From Oxalobacteraceae bacterium (lineage in GTDB: Bacteria; Pseudomonadota; Gammaproteobacteria; Burkholderiales; Burkholderiaceae_D), in contig JBJTAS010000023.1 in NCBI GenBank assembly GCA_046090895.1, forward strand, positions 6,914-70,913: 64,000 nt of DNA. Direction: 5' to 3'. The notes beneath the pieces are model-generated. The model did no database searches. It was not told where the DNA came from and saw only the letters and a program-made list of their open reading frames with translations. Shown piece by piece: positions 20,925-32,377 of this stretch (position 1 is the first letter of the stretch; every line of letters starts with the position of its first letter). A program made the position numbers and the translations under genes.

Positions 20925-22667
20925 TCATCCTGACTTCCAGCTGTCTTTGAGTGTGACGATGCGATTGAACACTAGCCGCCCCGCTGTGGAATCGACACGG
21001 TCAGTAACAAAATAACCATGTCGCTCGAATTGAAAGCGATCTTCCGGTTGCGCTTTGTCAGCGCCGGGCTCCAGATACGCGGTAATCACCGACTTCGAAT
21101 TCGGATTCAGCGCCAGCTTGAAATCCTTGCTGCCGGCATCCGGATGCGGATCCTTGAACAGTCGGTCATACATGCGCACTTCTGCGCGCACGCCATGCGC
21201 CGCTGACACCCAGTGGATATTGCCTTTCACCTTGTAGTTCGATGAACCTTCAGTGCCGCTCTTGCTGTCCGGGTAGTAGTTGCAATGCACGGCGATCACC
21301 TTGCCCGATGCATCCTTGTCGCAGCCTGTGCATTCGACGACAAAACCGTAGCGCAGCCTGACCTTGTTGCCGGGGAAGAGACGGAAGTAGCCTTTTTCCG
21401 GCACTTCCATGAAATCTTCGGCTTCTATCCATAGCTCGCGGTTGAACGGAAAGTGGCGGTTACCCCGTTCCGGATGATGCGGATGTGCGGGCGCGCTGCA
21501 GTCCTCGGTTTGTCCTTCCGGATAGTTGTCGATGATGAGTTTCAGCGGATTCAGCACGCCGACGATGCGCGCCGCCTTTTCATCGAGGTCGTCGCGCAGC
21601 GCGCCTTCGAGAATGCTCATGTCGATCCAGCTATCGGCTTTCGCGACACCAATACGCTCGGCAAATAGCTGCAGCGATTCCGGCGTGTAGCCGCGACGGC
21701 GTATGCCGACGATGGTGGGCATGCGAGGATCATCCCAGCCATCAACGATGTTCTCTTCAACCAGTTGCAAGAGCTTGCGCTTGCTGGTGATGGCGTACGT
21801 CAGGTTCAGACGCGCGAATTCATACTGATGCGGCAGCGGCTGTTTGAAGAAGCCACCCTCGGCGAGACGTTCGAGTATCCAGTCATAGAAAGGTCGGTGA
21901 TCCTGAAACTCGAGCGTGCAGATCGAATGCGTGATGTTCTCGATCGCATCCGAGATCGGATGCGCATAGTCATACATGGGGTAGATGCACCAGGTGTCGC
22001 CGGTGCGATGGTGATGCGCATGACGTATCCGGTAGATCGCCGGATCGCGCAGGTTCATGTTCGGCGATGCCATATCGATCTTGGCGCGCAGCACATGCTC
22101 GCCGTCTTTGAACTCGCTGGCTTTCATCCGGCGCAGCAGATCGAGCGACTCTGCAGCGGGGCGATCACGAAAGCGCGAGTTCTTGCCCGGCTCGCCAAAA
22201 TTGCCGCGATTGGCGGCCATTTCTTCAGCGCTCTGGCTGTCTACATAGGCATGACCGGCGCTGACCAGCCATTCGGCCATCTCGTACAGCTTGTCGAAAT
22301 AATCGCTCGCGAAGTATTGATGATCGTGACCCCCATGCTCCCAGTGAAAGCCCAGCCATTGCACGCTGTCGATGATGGTGTCGACGTATTCCTGATCTTC
22401 CTTGGTTGGATTGGTATCGTCAAAACGCAGATGGCAGCGGCCGCCGTAATCGCGCGCGAGACCAAAGTTCAGGCAGATGGATTTCGCATGTCCGATGTGC
22501 AGATAACCGTTGGGCTCCGGAGGAAAACGGGTGATGACGCTGGGCAGCAGCGCGCCGTTAGCATCGGTTTTGCCGGTGTATTTACCGCTCGCGTTGTCAG
22601 CATCAATAATGCCGCGCAAAAAATTCGACGGCGCTGCCGGAGCGCCGTTGTTGCTGTCATTGCCCAT
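20925..22667 (-). CDS. glnS: Glutamine--tRNA ligase
   Basis: TRFPPEPNGYLHIGHAK, TSKRKL, FQFERHGYF. Confidence 0.97.
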   Translation of the reverse strand: MGNDSNNGAPAAPSNFLRGIIDADNASGKYTGKTDANGALLPSVITRFPPEPNGYLHIGHAKSICLNFGLARDYGGRCHLRFDDTNPTKEDQEYVDTIIDSVQWLGFHWEHGGHDHQYFASDYFDKLYEMAEWLVSAGHAYVDSQSAEEMAANRGNFGEPGKNSRFRDRPAAESLDLLRRMKASEFKDGEHVLRAKIDMASPNMNLRDPAIYRIRHAHHHRTGDTWCIYPMYDYAHPISDAIENITHSICTLEFQDHRPFYDWILERLAEGGFFKQPLPHQYEFARLNLTYAITSKRKLLQLVEENIVDGWDDPRMPTIVGIRRRGYTPESLQLFAERIGVAKADSWIDMSILEGALRDDLDEKAARIVGVLNPLKLIIDNYPEGQTEDCSAPAHPHHPERGNRHFPFNRELWIEAEDFMEVPEKGYFRLFPGNKVRLRYGFVVECTGCDKDASGKVIAVHCNYYPDSKSGTEGSSNYKVKGNIHWVSAAHGVRAEVRMYDRLFKDPHPDAGSKDFKLALNPNSKSVITAYLEPGADKAQPEDRFQFERHGYFVTDRVDSTAGRLVFNRIVTLKDSWKSG

Positions 22668-22755
22668 GAAATGGAATGCGGTGAAGATGAATTAATACGC
22701 GATTTTACCGTAGCCAAGCCCTACAATCAGGGGCAGATCAGGCAGGGACGAACGC

Positions 22756-23499
22756 ATGTGGACTTATCCAAGGATCTTCGCGCACCGGGGCGGCGGCACG
22801 CTCGCACCGGAAAACACGCTGGCCGCGCTGCGGCAGGGCGCAGCAATGGGTTTTGAGGCGGTCGAGTTTGATGTGATGGCCGTGCGCGATGATGGACTGG
22901 TGCTGATGCATGACGACGTGTTGGGGCGCACTGTCGCCGGCAGCGGCAGTGTGGGTGCGTGGCGTGCGGAAGCATTGCGCGCGATGGATGCCGGTCGCTG
23001 GTTTTCTGCAGATTTCGCCGGTGAGCCGGTGCCATCGTTTGCAGACGCCACGAGCTATTGCCTGCAAGCGGGGCTATTCATGAACGTTGAGATCAAGCCG
23101 CTGCCGGGTGAGGAAGCCCGTACCGGACGATTGGTTGCAAAAGCCTGCGCATCACTGCCCTCGGGCAGCGTGTTGTTATCCTCGTTTTCTGAACAGGCGC
23201 TGGACGCTGCGCTCACTACCGCACCCGAGGTGCCGCGTGCGCTGCTGGTCGGGGCGATTCCTGCGGACTGGGCAACAAGGCTCTCGGCATTGTCCGGAGT
23301 GGCGCTGCATGTGAAAGCCAGCCAACTGACTGCCGAGCAGGCCGGCACGATCAAAGCCGCCGGTTACGGTGTGTTCTGCTACACGGTCAATGATCCGGCT
23401 CAGGCCCGCGCGCTGTTCGCGATGGGTGTCGATGCCATGTGCACCGACCGCCTCGACTTGATCGGTCCGGATTTTTTTCAGACACTGGAAAATCCCTGA
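22756..23499 (+). CDS. ugpQ: Glycerophosphodiester phosphodiesterase
   Basis: AHRGGGTLAPENT, VEFDV, HD, NVEIK, YTVND. Confidence 0.9.
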   Translation: MWTYPRIFAHRGGGTLAPENTLAALRQGAAMGFEAVEFDVMAVRDDGLVLMHDDVLGRTVAGSGSVGAWRAEALRAMDAGRWFSADFAGEPVPSFADATSYCLQAGLFMNVEIKPLPGEEARTGRLVAKACASLPSGSVLLSSFSEQALDAALTTAPEVPRALLVGAIPADWATRLSALSGVALHVKASQLTAEQAGTIKAAGYGVFCYTVNDPAQARALFAMGVDAMCTDRLDLIGPDFFQTLENP

Positions 23500-23633
23500 T
23501 TCAGCATTGATTTTTCGGCAATCTTTGTCGCTGCCATCGACCGAGCAGCCCCGGAAAGCCAGAGGGCATCACGTATAATCGGCGGTTGTCCAGCGTTCCC
23601 CGAACGCTCACCGCATCTGCGACCGATCCACCC

Positions 23634-26261
23634 ATGAATTCCTCAGACATCCGCGAAAAATTCCTTAGCTTCTTTGCGTCCAAAGGACATACCGTCGTTC
23701 GTTCGTCCAGCCTCGTGCCGGGCAATGATCCGACGCTGCTGTTCACGAATTCCGGCATGGTGCAGTTCAAGGATGTCTTTCTGGGCACCGACAAGCGCGA
23801 CTACGTGCGCGCGGCGTCCGTGCAGCGCTGCCTGCGCGCCGGCGGCAAGCACAATGATCTGGAGAACGTCGGCTACACCGCCCGTCATCACACTTTCTTC
23901 GAGATGCTGGGCAACTGGTCGTTTGGCGATTACTTCAAGCGTGACTCGCTGATCTGGGCGTATGAATTGCTGACCGAGGTCTATGGTCTGCCCAAAGAAA
24001 AACTCTGGGCGACCGTTTATCACACCGATGATGAAGCCTATGACGTCTGGGTCAAGGACATCGGTTTGCCGCCCGAGCGCGTAGTGCGCATCGGTGACAA
24101 CAAGGGCGCGCCGTATGCCTCGGACAATTTCTGGCAGATGGCCGAGACGGGCCCTTGCGGCCCATGCTCCGAAATCTTCTTTGACCATGGCCCAGATGTC
24201 TGGGGCGGCCCGCCCGGCAGCCCCGAGGCTGATGGTGATCGTTACATCGAGATCTGGAACAACGTCTTCATGCAATTCGATCGCCAGCTCGATCCGGCGA
24301 CCGGCGAATACACGCTGACCCCATTGCCAGCGCCTTGCGTCGATACCGGTATGGGGCTGGAGCGACTCGCTGCGGTCATGCAGCATGTGCACAGCAACTA
24401 CGAGATCGATCTGTTCCAGCGCCTGATTCAGGCGGCCGCACGCGAGACAGGTGCGAAGGATCTCAGCAGCGGTTCGCTGCGCGTGATCGCCGACCATATT
24501 CGTGCCTGCGCTTTCCTGGTGGTCGATGGCGTGGTGCCCGGCAGCGAAGGCCGCGCCTATGTGCTGCGCCGTATCGTGCGCCGCGCTCTGCGTCACGGCA
24601 ACAAGCTGGGTCAGAAAAAGCCCTTCTTCTACCAGCTGGTGCCTGATCTGGTGAAGGAAATGGGCGCGGCGTATCCGGAACTGGTGGAAGCCGCAGACCG
24701 CGGGATGAGGGTCTGGAAGCAGGAAGAAGTGCGCTTTGGGGAGACGCTGGAAAACGGCATGAAGATCCTCGAAGCCGCGCTCGCCAAAGACCCAGGCCGT
24801 CTCGATGGCAAAACCGCGTTCACGCTGTACGACACTTACGGTTTTCCGCTCGACCTGACGGCTGACATCTGCCGCGAGCGCGATGTCACCCTTGATGAGG
24901 CCGGCTTCCATGAAGCGATGGACAAGCAGAAATCAGCCGCGCGTGCTGCCGGCAAGTTTGAAATGGCCGCTGGTGTCGAGTACGCTGGCCCGAAGACGCA
25001 GTTCACCGGGTACGATCATCTCGCCGACCAGGCGCAGGTGCTGGCTTTGTATGTTGATGGACAATCGGTCAAAGAAATCGCTGCCGGACAGGAAGCGATG
25101 ATCGTGCTTGACCGCACGCCCTTCTATGCCGAATCCGGCGGGCAGGCGGGCGATGTGGGCGTAATCGAAACGGGCAGCGCATCGTTCGCGGTCAGCGATA
25201 CCCAAAAAATTCAACCTGACGTCTCCGGCCATCACGGCCAACTCGCGACCGGCAAGCTGGCGGTCGGTGATCAGGTCGAGTGCAAGGTGAATGCCGTCGT
25301 ACGTGCGGCGATCATGCGCAATCACTCCGCCACCCACCTGATGCACAGGGCCTTGCGTACCGTACTCGGCGGTCATGTCGTGCAGAAGGGTTCGCTGGTC
25401 GATGCAGAAAAGACCCGCTTCGACTTCAGTCACAATGCACCGCTGACGGCTGACGAAATCCGCCGTATCGAGGCGCTGGTCAATCACGAGATCTTGCACA
25501 ATGCAGCGACCAATGCGCAGCTGATGGGCTATGACGATGCGATCAAGGCGGGCGCGATGGCGCTGTTCGGCGAGAAGTATGGTGACACCGTGCGCGTGCT
25601 CGGCATTGGCTCATCGACAGAACTCTGCGGTGGCACGCACGTGACGCGCACCGGCGATATCGGTTTGTTCAAGATTGTTTCCGAGGGTGGTGTCGCCGCT
25701 GGCATTCGTCGTGTGGAGGCGGTCACCGGAGAGAACGCGCTGACCTTGGTGCAGACACTCGCTGCGCATGTCAGTGAAGCCGCCGCTGCGCTGAAGGTGC
25801 AGCCGGACGAGATCGCGCATCGCATCGCACAGGTGCAAGATCAGGTTAAATCGCTGGAAAAAGAACTCGCCTCGATCAAGACCAAGATGGCATCGAGTCA
25901 GGGCGATGATCTGCTGTCGCAGGCGGTCGATATCAACGGCATCAAGGTGCTCGCCGCGACACTGGAAGGCGCGGATGTTCCCACGCTGCGCAGCGTGATG
26001 GACAAGATGAAAGACAAGCTCAAGACCGCAGCCATCGTGCTCGCTTCAGTGGCCGATGGCAAGGTTACGCTGATCGCCGGTGTGACAGCCGACAGCACGT
26101 CCAAAGTGAAAGCTGGCGAACTGGTGAACTTCGTTGCCCAGCAAGTGGGTGGCAAGGGGGGCGGACGTCCCGACATGGCGCAGGCCGGAGGCACGGATCC
26201 CAGTGGTTTGCCCACCGCACTGGCTGCAGTCGGCCAGTGGGTCGGCGAGCGCGTGCGCTGA
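23634..26261 (+). CDS. alaS: Alanine--tRNA ligase
   Basis: [44 protein letters not shown]. Confidence 0.98.
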   Translation: MNSSDIREKFLSFFASKGHTVVRSSSLVPGNDPTLLFTNSGMVQFKDVFLGTDKRDYVRAASVQRCLRAGGKHNDLENVGYTARHHTFFEMLGNWSFGDYFKRDSLIWAYELLTEVYGLPKEKLWATVYHTDDEAYDVWVKDIGLPPERVVRIGDNKGAPYASDNFWQMAETGPCGPCSEIFFDHGPDVWGGPPGSPEADGDRYIEIWNNVFMQFDRQLDPATGEYTLTPLPAPCVDTGMGLERLAAVMQHVHSNYEIDLFQRLIQAAARETGAKDLSSGSLRVIADHIRACAFLVVDGVVPGSEGRAYVLRRIVRRALRHGNKLGQKKPFFYQLVPDLVKEMGAAYPELVEAADRGMRVWKQEEVRFGETLENGMKILEAALAKDPGRLDGKTAFTLYDTYGFPLDLTADICRERDVTLDEAGFHEAMDKQKSAARAAGKFEMAAGVEYAGPKTQFTGYDHLADQAQVLALYVDGQSVKEIAAGQEAMIVLDRTPFYAESGGQAGDVGVIETGSASFAVSDTQKIQPDVSGHHGQLATGKLAVGDQVECKVNAVVRAAIMRNHSATHLMHRALRTVLGGHVVQKGSLVDAEKTRFDFSHNAPLTADEIRRIEALVNHEILHNAATNAQLMGYDDAIKAGAMALFGEKYGDTVRVLGIGSSTELCGGTHVTRTGDIGLFKIVSEGGVAAGIRRVEAVTGENALTLVQTLAAHVSEAAAALKVQPDEIAHRIAQVQDQVKSLEKELASIKTKMASSQGDDLLSQAVDINGIKVLAATLEGADVPTLRSVMDKMKDKLKTAAIVLASVADGKVTLIAGVTADSTSKVKAGELVNFVAQQVGGKGGGRPDMAQAGGTDPSGLPTALAAVGQWVGERVR

Positions 26262-26282
26262 ACCGGTGCTGAAAGACTGACG

Positions 26283-26831
26283 ATGCACGCTGATTTCCGT
26301 TTCTGCCCGGTGTGCGCTACCGCACTGGTGATGCGCGCCGACAGCGCCGCTGGCGCGGATGGTGACAAGGCGAGACTCGCGTGTCCCGATGGCCACTGGA
26401 CGCACTGGGACAACCCCGTGCCGGTGCTCGCGGCGCTGGTCGAGCTGGAGGGCAGGATTCTGCTGGCGCGTAATGCTGCCTGGGGCCCGAAGAATTTTGC
26501 GTTGATCACGGGTTTCATGGAGCGCGGCGAAACCCCGGAGCAGGGCATACAGCGCGAGCTGCACGAAGAAACCGGACTCGCAGCCAACACGATTAGCCTG
26601 ATCGGCGTGTATGAATTCGTCCGCAAGAACGAACTGATCATTGCCTACCATGTGCAGGCCAGTGGCGAAGTCAGGCTCTCGCCCGAGCTGGTGGAATACC
26701 GGCTGGTGTCGCCGGAAAAACTGCGACCCTGGCGCGCCGGGACGGGTTTTGCGATGGCCGACTGGATGCGCGCCCGCGGACTGGCGCCGGAATTTATCGA
26801 CTGGGGCAGTGAAGCGCCCGCCAATGATTGA
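26283..26831 (+). CDS. NUDIX hydrolase with N-terminal zinc ribbon
   Basis: FCPVC...ACP; GFMERGETPEQGIQRELHEETG Nudix box. Confidence 0.88.
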   Translation: MHADFRFCPVCATALVMRADSAAGADGDKARLACPDGHWTHWDNPVPVLAALVELEGRILLARNAAWGPKNFALITGFMERGETPEQGIQRELHEETGLAANTISLIGVYEFVRKNELIIAYHVQASGEVRLSPELVEYRLVSPEKLRPWRAGTGFAMADWMRARGLAPEFIDWGSEAPAND

Positions 26832-26863
26832 TTGAGTATCAGAGCATGAACCAACAGACCCCC

Positions 26864-27091
26864 ATGGAATTCCACAAGGATGTCGATGCGCGCGGGCTGA
26901 AATGTCCGTTGCCAATCCTGAAAGCCAAGAAAGCCCTGAACGATATGCAGACCGGCGACGTACTGCGCGTGATGGCGACGGATCCGGGTTCGGTCAGGGA
27001 TTTCAATGCCTTTGCCCGGCAGACAGGGAATGCCCTGCTTGCGCACGAAGAAAAAGACATGGAATTCACGTTTTTCATCCGCCGTAAATGA
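26864..27091 (+). CDS. Sulfurtransferase TusA/SirA family protein
   Basis: DARGLKCPLPILK, ATDPGS. Confidence 0.9.
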   Translation: MEFHKDVDARGLKCPLPILKAKKALNDMQTGDVLRVMATDPGSVRDFNAFARQTGNALLAHEEKDMEFTFFIRRK

Positions 27092-27104
27092 TTCCTGAAA
27101 ATAA

Positions 27105-27141
27105 ACGAACGACCGTGCGTGAATTTTGCGCGACCGTCCGT
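27105..27141. promoter_or_regulatory. Putative TetR-type (FadP-like) operator(s) upstream of etfBA
   Basis: Imperfect palindrome ACGAACGACCGTGCGT plus a second CGACCGT core about 20 bp downstream; regulator assignment is inference. Confidence 0.4.
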
Positions 27142-27228
27142 TATTCCCTATAATCACCGTTTACGTTAACGTCAATTAATCCCTGTCAGCGCAGGCGCGT
27201 CAGGGCCAACACTCTCCCAAGGAAGCTC

Positions 27229-27978
27229 ATGAAGGTACTGGTACCCGTCAAGCGCGTGGTCGACTACAACGTCAAGGTTCGTGTGAAGTCCGATGGCAGC
27301 GGCGTCGATATTGCCAACGTCAAGATGTCGATGAATCCTTTTGACGAGATCGCGGTGGAAGAGGCCATGCGCCTGAAAGAAGGCGGCAAGGCGACCGAGG
27401 TCGTGGCCGTGTCGTGTGGCCTCACGCAGTGCCAGGAAACGCTGCGCACGGCGATGGCGATCGGCGCTGATCGCGGCATTCTTGCCGAGACCGATGCCGA
27501 GCTGCAGCCGCTGGCCGTAGCCAAGCTGCTCAAAGCCATCGCCGACAAAGAACAACCGCAACTCATTATTCTGGGCAAGCAGGCGATCGATGACGATTGC
27601 AATCAGACTGGCCAGATGCTGGCCGCGTTGATGGGCTGGCCGCAGGCAACGTTTGCCTCCAAGGTGGTGATCGATGGGGACAAGGCGCTAGTCACGCGTG
27701 AGGTCGACGGTGGGCTGGAAACGGTGTCCCTGTCTTTACCGGCGATCGTCACCACCGACTTGCGCCTCAACGAGCCGCGCTATGTGACGCTGCCCAACAT
27801 CATGAAGGCCAAGAAAAAACAACTCGACATCGTGACACCAGACGCGCTCGGCGTGGATGTCACCCCGCGACTGAAGACACTCAAAGTCGCTGAGCCGCCC
27901 AAGCGCTCGGCCGGCACCATGGTCCCGGATGTGGCGACGCTGGTGGCGAAGCTCAAGAATGAAGCCAAAGTCATCTGA
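27229..27978 (+). CDS. etfB: Electron transfer flavoprotein beta subunit
   Basis: [32 protein letters not shown]. Confidence 0.96.
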   Translation: MKVLVPVKRVVDYNVKVRVKSDGSGVDIANVKMSMNPFDEIAVEEAMRLKEGGKATEVVAVSCGLTQCQETLRTAMAIGADRGILAETDAELQPLAVAKLLKAIADKEQPQLIILGKQAIDDDCNQTGQMLAALMGWPQATFASKVVIDGDKALVTREVDGGLETVSLSLPAIVTTDLRLNEPRYVTLPNIMKAKKKQLDIVTPDALGVDVTPRLKTLKVAEPPKRSAGTMVPDVATLVAKLKNEAKVI

Positions 27979-28007
27979 AGACTATTGAAGAACAAGGACA
28001 CCCTGTC

Positions 28008-28937
28008 ATGACCGCACTCGTCATTGCCGAACACGACAATGCCTCGCTCAAAGCGAGCACCCTCAATACCGTGAGCGCCGCTGCGCAGTGCAGCGGTGAA
28101 GTGCATGTACTGATCGCTGGCCACGGCTGCGATGCGGCTGCCGCTGCGGCCGCAACGATCGCTGGCGTGACCAAGGTGATTGTCGCTAATGGCGCGCAGT
28201 TCGCCGATGGCCTCGCCGAGAATGTCGCCGAGCAGGCGCTGGCGATCGCGTCGTCTTATTCGCATCTGCTGGCGCCCGCCACCGCGTATGGCAAGAACAT
28301 CCTGCCCCGCGTTGCAGCGCGTCTCGATGTCGGACAGATTTCCGAGATCACCAAGGTGGAATCCCCCGATACCTTCGAGCGTCCGATCTATGCGGGCAAT
28401 GCCATCGCTACGGTGCAGTCCACCGATGCGATCAAGGTCATTACGGTGCGCGCCACGGGCTTTGATGCAGCCAGCGACGGCGGCAGTGCAACGATCGAGA
28501 AGATTGGTGCGGTGGCAGATTCAGGTAAGTCATCCTTCGTCTCGCGCGAGCTGGCGACATCAGATCGCCCTGAGCTGACAGCGGCGAAAGTGATCGTCTC
28601 TGGCGGCCGCGGCATAGGCTCGGCAGAGAACTTCAAGATCCTCGAACCGCTGGCGGACAAACTCGGTGCGGCGATGGGCGCATCGCGTGCTGCAGTCGAT
28701 GCGGGCTATGTGCCGAACGACTGGCAGGTGGGACAAACCGGCAAGATCGTCGCACCTCAGTTGTATATCGCAGTGGGTATCTCTGGTGCGATTCAGCATC
28801 TGGCGGGCATGAAGGACTCGAAGACCATCGTTGCCATCAACAAGGATCCGGAAGCGCCGATCTTCAGCGTGGCGGATTATGGTCTGGTGGGTGATCTGTT
28901 CGAAGCGGTTCCTGCGCTGATCAAGGAACTGCGCTGA
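28008..28937 (+). CDS. etfA: Electron transfer flavoprotein alpha subunit
   Basis: [25 protein letters not shown]. Confidence 0.96.
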   Translation: MTALVIAEHDNASLKASTLNTVSAAAQCSGEVHVLIAGHGCDAAAAAAATIAGVTKVIVANGAQFADGLAENVAEQALAIASSYSHLLAPATAYGKNILPRVAARLDVGQISEITKVESPDTFERPIYAGNAIATVQSTDAIKVITVRATGFDAASDGGSATIEKIGAVADSGKSSFVSRELATSDRPELTAAKVIVSGGRGIGSAENFKILEPLADKLGAAMGASRAAVDAGYVPNDWQVGQTGKIVAPQLYIAVGISGAIQHLAGMKDSKTIVAINKDPEAPIFSVADYGLVGDLFEAVPALIKELR

Positions 28938-29000
28938 TCAAGGAACTGGGCTGATCAACTTCACGTAAAAGCCGCAACAACAACACACCAAGGACCTCGC

Positions 29001-30791
29001 ATGAGCTACACCGCCCCGCTGAAAGACATGGTGTTCGTGATGAACGAACTCGCAGGACTCGAAGCCATCAGTCAGTTGCCTGGCTGCAAGGACGCCACGC
29101 CAGAAACTGCGGAGGCTGTGCTCGAGGAAAATGCGAAATTCTGCTCCGAGGTGATCGCGCCGCTGAACTGGACGGGCGATTGCGAACCCAGCCGCTGGCA
29201 CGATGGTCAGGTCACAACGACTCCGGGCTTCAAAGAAGCATTTCGTGCGTTTGGCGAATCCGGCTGGCAGGGCGTGCAACATCCGACCGACTATGGCGGA
29301 CAGGGTTTGCCGAAGCTGCTGGCGACGCCCTGCATCGAGATGCTGAACTCGGCCAATCTGTCGTTTGCGCTGTGTCCGCTGCTGACCGATGGCGCGATCG
29401 AGGCACTCATGACGGCAGGCAGTCAGGAGCAAAAAGATCTTTATCTCGACAAGCTCATCTCCGGCCAATGGACTGGGACGATGAACCTCACTGAGCCCCA
29501 GGCCGGTTCTGATCTTGCCTTGGTGCGCTCGCGTGCCGAGCCTCAGGGTGATGGCACGTTCAGGATTTTTGGCACCAAGATCTACATCACTTATGGTGAG
29601 CACGACATGGCTGAGAACATCATCCATCTCGTGCTGGCGCGCACGCCCGGGGCACCCGAGGGCGTGAAAGGCATCTCGCTATTCATTGTGCCCAAATTCG
29701 TGGTCAATCCCGACGGCTCGCTGGGTGAACGTAATGATGTGCATTGCGTATCGATCGAGCACAAGCTTGGCATCAAGGCCAGCCCCACGGCGGTGCTGCA
29801 ATATGGCGATCAGGGTGGCGCGATAGGTCATCTGGTGGGTGAAGAGAACCGTGGGCTGGAGTACATGTTCATCATGATGAACGCCGCACGATTTGCAGTC
29901 GGCATGCAGGGTATTTCCGTTGCTGAGCGCGCCTACCAGAAGGCGGTATCGTACGCGCGCGATCGCGTGCAGTCGCGCGATCTGGCGGGTTCGGCGGGGC
30001 CGGTGGCGATTATTCATCACCCGGATGTGAAGCGTATGCTGATGTCGATGCGCGCGCAGGTCGAGGCCTCTCGCGCGCTGTCGTATGTGACAGCGGCGGC
30101 TTTCGATGGCGCGCATCATCATCCCGACGAGGCGACGCGCCAGACCCACCATGCCTTCTATGAGTTCATGGTGCCCATTGTCAAGGGCTGGTCGACGGAG
30201 CTGTCGATTGACGTGGCCTCTACGGGTGTGCAGGTACATGGCGGCATGGGTTTCATCGAGGAAACCGGCGCAGCTCAGCACTATCGCGATGCGCGCATCC
30301 TGACGATTTACGAGGGAACGACTGCGATCCAGGCAAATGATCTGGTTGGCCGCAAGACGGTACGCGATGGTGGTGCTTTCGCAAAACGCATCATTGCGCA
30401 AGTGCGCGATACGGCCACGGAGCTGAGTAAAGCGGGTCACGACGACCTGAAGGTCATCGGCAAGCGTTTAGCCGACGCCAGCGCTGCGCTGGACGATGTC
30501 GTGAGCTTCATCGCGTCGAATGCCAAATCAGACATCAAGGCAGCGTTCGCTGGCAGTGTTCCGTATCTGAAAATGGCGGGTGTCGTGTTCGGTGGATGGC
30601 AAATGGGCCGTGCAGCACTCGCGGCAGCAAACAAACTCTCGGCAGGTGATGGCGATGCCGCCTTCTATCAGGCGAAGATCGCCACCGCGCGCTTTTTTGC
30701 CGATCATTTCGTCGCCACGGCATCGGCATCGCGTGCGGCAATTGTCGAGGGCAGTGCAGGGGTGTTGGCGCTGGCAGAGGATCAGTTCTAA
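29001..30791 (+). CDS. Acyl-CoA dehydrogenase (long, about 600-aa type)
   Basis: GTMNLTEPQAGSD, GVKGISLF, QVHGGMGF, IYEGTTAIQ. Confidence 0.93.
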   Translation: MSYTAPLKDMVFVMNELAGLEAISQLPGCKDATPETAEAVLEENAKFCSEVIAPLNWTGDCEPSRWHDGQVTTTPGFKEAFRAFGESGWQGVQHPTDYGGQGLPKLLATPCIEMLNSANLSFALCPLLTDGAIEALMTAGSQEQKDLYLDKLISGQWTGTMNLTEPQAGSDLALVRSRAEPQGDGTFRIFGTKIYITYGEHDMAENIIHLVLARTPGAPEGVKGISLFIVPKFVVNPDGSLGERNDVHCVSIEHKLGIKASPTAVLQYGDQGGAIGHLVGEENRGLEYMFIMMNAARFAVGMQGISVAERAYQKAVSYARDRVQSRDLAGSAGPVAIIHHPDVKRMLMSMRAQVEASRALSYVTAAAFDGAHHHPDEATRQTHHAFYEFMVPIVKGWSTELSIDVASTGVQVHGGMGFIEETGAAQHYRDARILTIYEGTTAIQANDLVGRKTVRDGGAFAKRIIAQVRDTATELSKAGHDDLKVIGKRLADASAALDDVVSFIASNAKSDIKAAFAGSVPYLKMAGVVFGGWQMGRAALAAANKLSAGDGDAAFYQAKIATARFFADHFVATASASRAAIVEGSAGVLALAEDQF

Positions 30792-30894
30792 GAACCTATC
30801 CCGTTAGGCCGCTTGCGTCGTTGACAGTGCCTTGCCGTACGTCTTTACTGTCTGCGGCACTGCCGCCTGGCCATCGACCTAACGGGATAGGTTC
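30792..30894. mobile_element. 103-bp MITE-like element, copy 2 (inverted relative to copy 1)
   Basis: Same 17-bp TIRs; 3 mismatches to the reverse complement of 9324-9426; begins immediately after the TAA stop of the acyl-CoA dehydrogenase. Confidence 0.85.
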
Positions 30895-30924
30895 TACGTG
30901 TCCGCTCAAGCTGGCGACCCCACC

Positions 30925-31344
30925 TCAACCATACGCTCCACCCGTCAGCCACAGATCAAACGCCCGCGCGATCACGGTCAGTAGCAACGTCGTGCCATAA
31001 AAGAGATTCACCACCATCATGAGGGGCACGGGCCAGCGGGTGTCGGTTGGGCTATCCGTCGCCGAGTGGTAGCGCTCATCCCATTTTTCATCGGGCATCA
31101 GGCCGATCACAAAGGTGGCAATGCTCGCGACCAGCATGGAGAGCACCAGCGGTGCGGCAAACGCCAGCAGCGGCCAGTCCGGTCGGATGGTCATCAGCGC
31201 GATGGAGGCGGGCAAGCTGGCGACATGCAGCCAGCCCCAGCGATCAGTGATGCCATTGAGATAAAACCGATGCGCGCCCACCATCCCCAGCAGGAACGCT
31301 AGCAGGGTGGCGAGGGTCTTGTTTTTGCGGGCTGACGGTGTCAT
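30925..31344 (-). CDS. TM2/NINE domain membrane protein
   Basis: KNKTLATLLAFLLGMVGAHRFYL TM2 motif. Confidence 0.8.
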   Translation of the reverse strand: MTPSARKNKTLATLLAFLLGMVGAHRFYLNGITDRWGWLHVASLPASIALMTIRPDWPLLAFAAPLVLSMLVASIATFVIGLMPDEKWDERYHSATDSPTDTRWPVPLMMVVNLFYGTTLLLTVIARAFDLWLTGGAYG

Positions 31345-31549
31345 GGCGGGTATTTTTGGGGGAAAAGAGGTGCTTAAAAGATAAATTTGTATCGTACTGA
31401 CAATTTTTTGAAGCCGTGAGTGTGCCGCAGACCCCAGATGAACGCTCATACCGTCCAGTAAAACAGGCGGCCCGGCTTGTTACCCGAGGGTGAAAACCGC
31501 TATAATTGCGGTCTTTTTCCGTTCCCGTACCCCTTTCGCTGAGAAGATT

Positions 31550-31801
31550 ATGGTCGTTATTCGTTTAGCTCGTGGCGGCGCCAAAAAGCGCCCCTTCTAT
31601 AACATTGTTGCCACCGATTCGCGCAATCGCCGTGACGGTCGATTCATTGAGCGCATCGGTTTCTACAACCCGATCGCATCCGGCGCCGCCGTGCCGTTTA
31701 ACATTGACGAAGCCCGTCTGACCTACTGGAAAGGCGTTGGCGCGCAATTGTCGCCGACGGTAGAGCGTCTGGTGAAGTCCAACGGCAAGAAAGCTGCCTG
31801 A
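31550..31801 (+). CDS. rpsP: 30S ribosomal protein S16
   Basis: [17 protein letters not shown]...[14 protein letters not shown]. Confidence 0.98.
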   Translation: MVVIRLARGGAKKRPFYNIVATDSRNRRDGRFIERIGFYNPIASGAAVPFNIDEARLTYWKGVGAQLSPTVERLVKSNGKKAA

Positions 31802-31808
31802 TCCCGCC

Positions 31809-32351
31809 GTGTCGGGCCGTGCCGGAATTCCGGTTCCCGACGATCTGGTGCTGGTGGCGCATGTAACCGGTGCGTTTGGCGTCGCAGGGTGGATCAAGTT
31901 GCGACCCTACTCTGCAGAAGCCAGTGCCCTGTTCCAAGCCAAGACCTGGTGGGTAGATAAGCCCGAACTGCATGATGTGGACGTCATGCAGTTGCGAGTG
32001 CAAGGCGAGGATGTCGTTGTCAAACTGGTGGGCATCGAGGATCGCCTTGCCGCGGAAGCGCTCAAAGGAGCGACCGTTCAAGTGAGACGAGCCCACTTCC
32101 CGCCACTGGAAGATAATGAGTTTTACTGGGTCGATCTGATCGGCCACACCGTTGACAATCTTCGCGGCGAGTTGCTCGGAGAGCTAAGCGGCCTGATGGA
32201 CAACGGCGCGCATCCGATACTGAGAGTGGCAGTGCCGGCGTCAGACGGACAAAAGCGTACAGAATTACTGATACCGTTCGTCGATCAGTTTGTGACGGAG
32301 GTGGATCAGGTAGCGAAAAGAATCACGGTGGACTGGGAAAAAGATTACTGA
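31809..32351 (+). CDS. rimM: Ribosome maturation factor RimM
   Basis: [23 protein letters not shown]; position between rpsP and trmD. Confidence 0.95.
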   Translation: MSGRAGIPVPDDLVLVAHVTGAFGVAGWIKLRPYSAEASALFQAKTWWVDKPELHDVDVMQLRVQGEDVVVKLVGIEDRLAAEALKGATVQVRRAHFPPLEDNEFYWVDLIGHTVDNLRGELLGELSGLMDNGAHPILRVAVPASDGQKRTELLIPFVDQFVTEVDQVAKRITVDWEKDY

Positions 32352-32377
32352 TCCCAAGACCCAAACAGGGAGAGAGC

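Noticed and set aside
21765-24911. Long antisense ORFs (21765..22856, 23643..24911, also 185..874, 2251..3039 and others)
   Set aside because: Shadow frames of well-supported genes in GC-rich DNA, with no recognisable motifs
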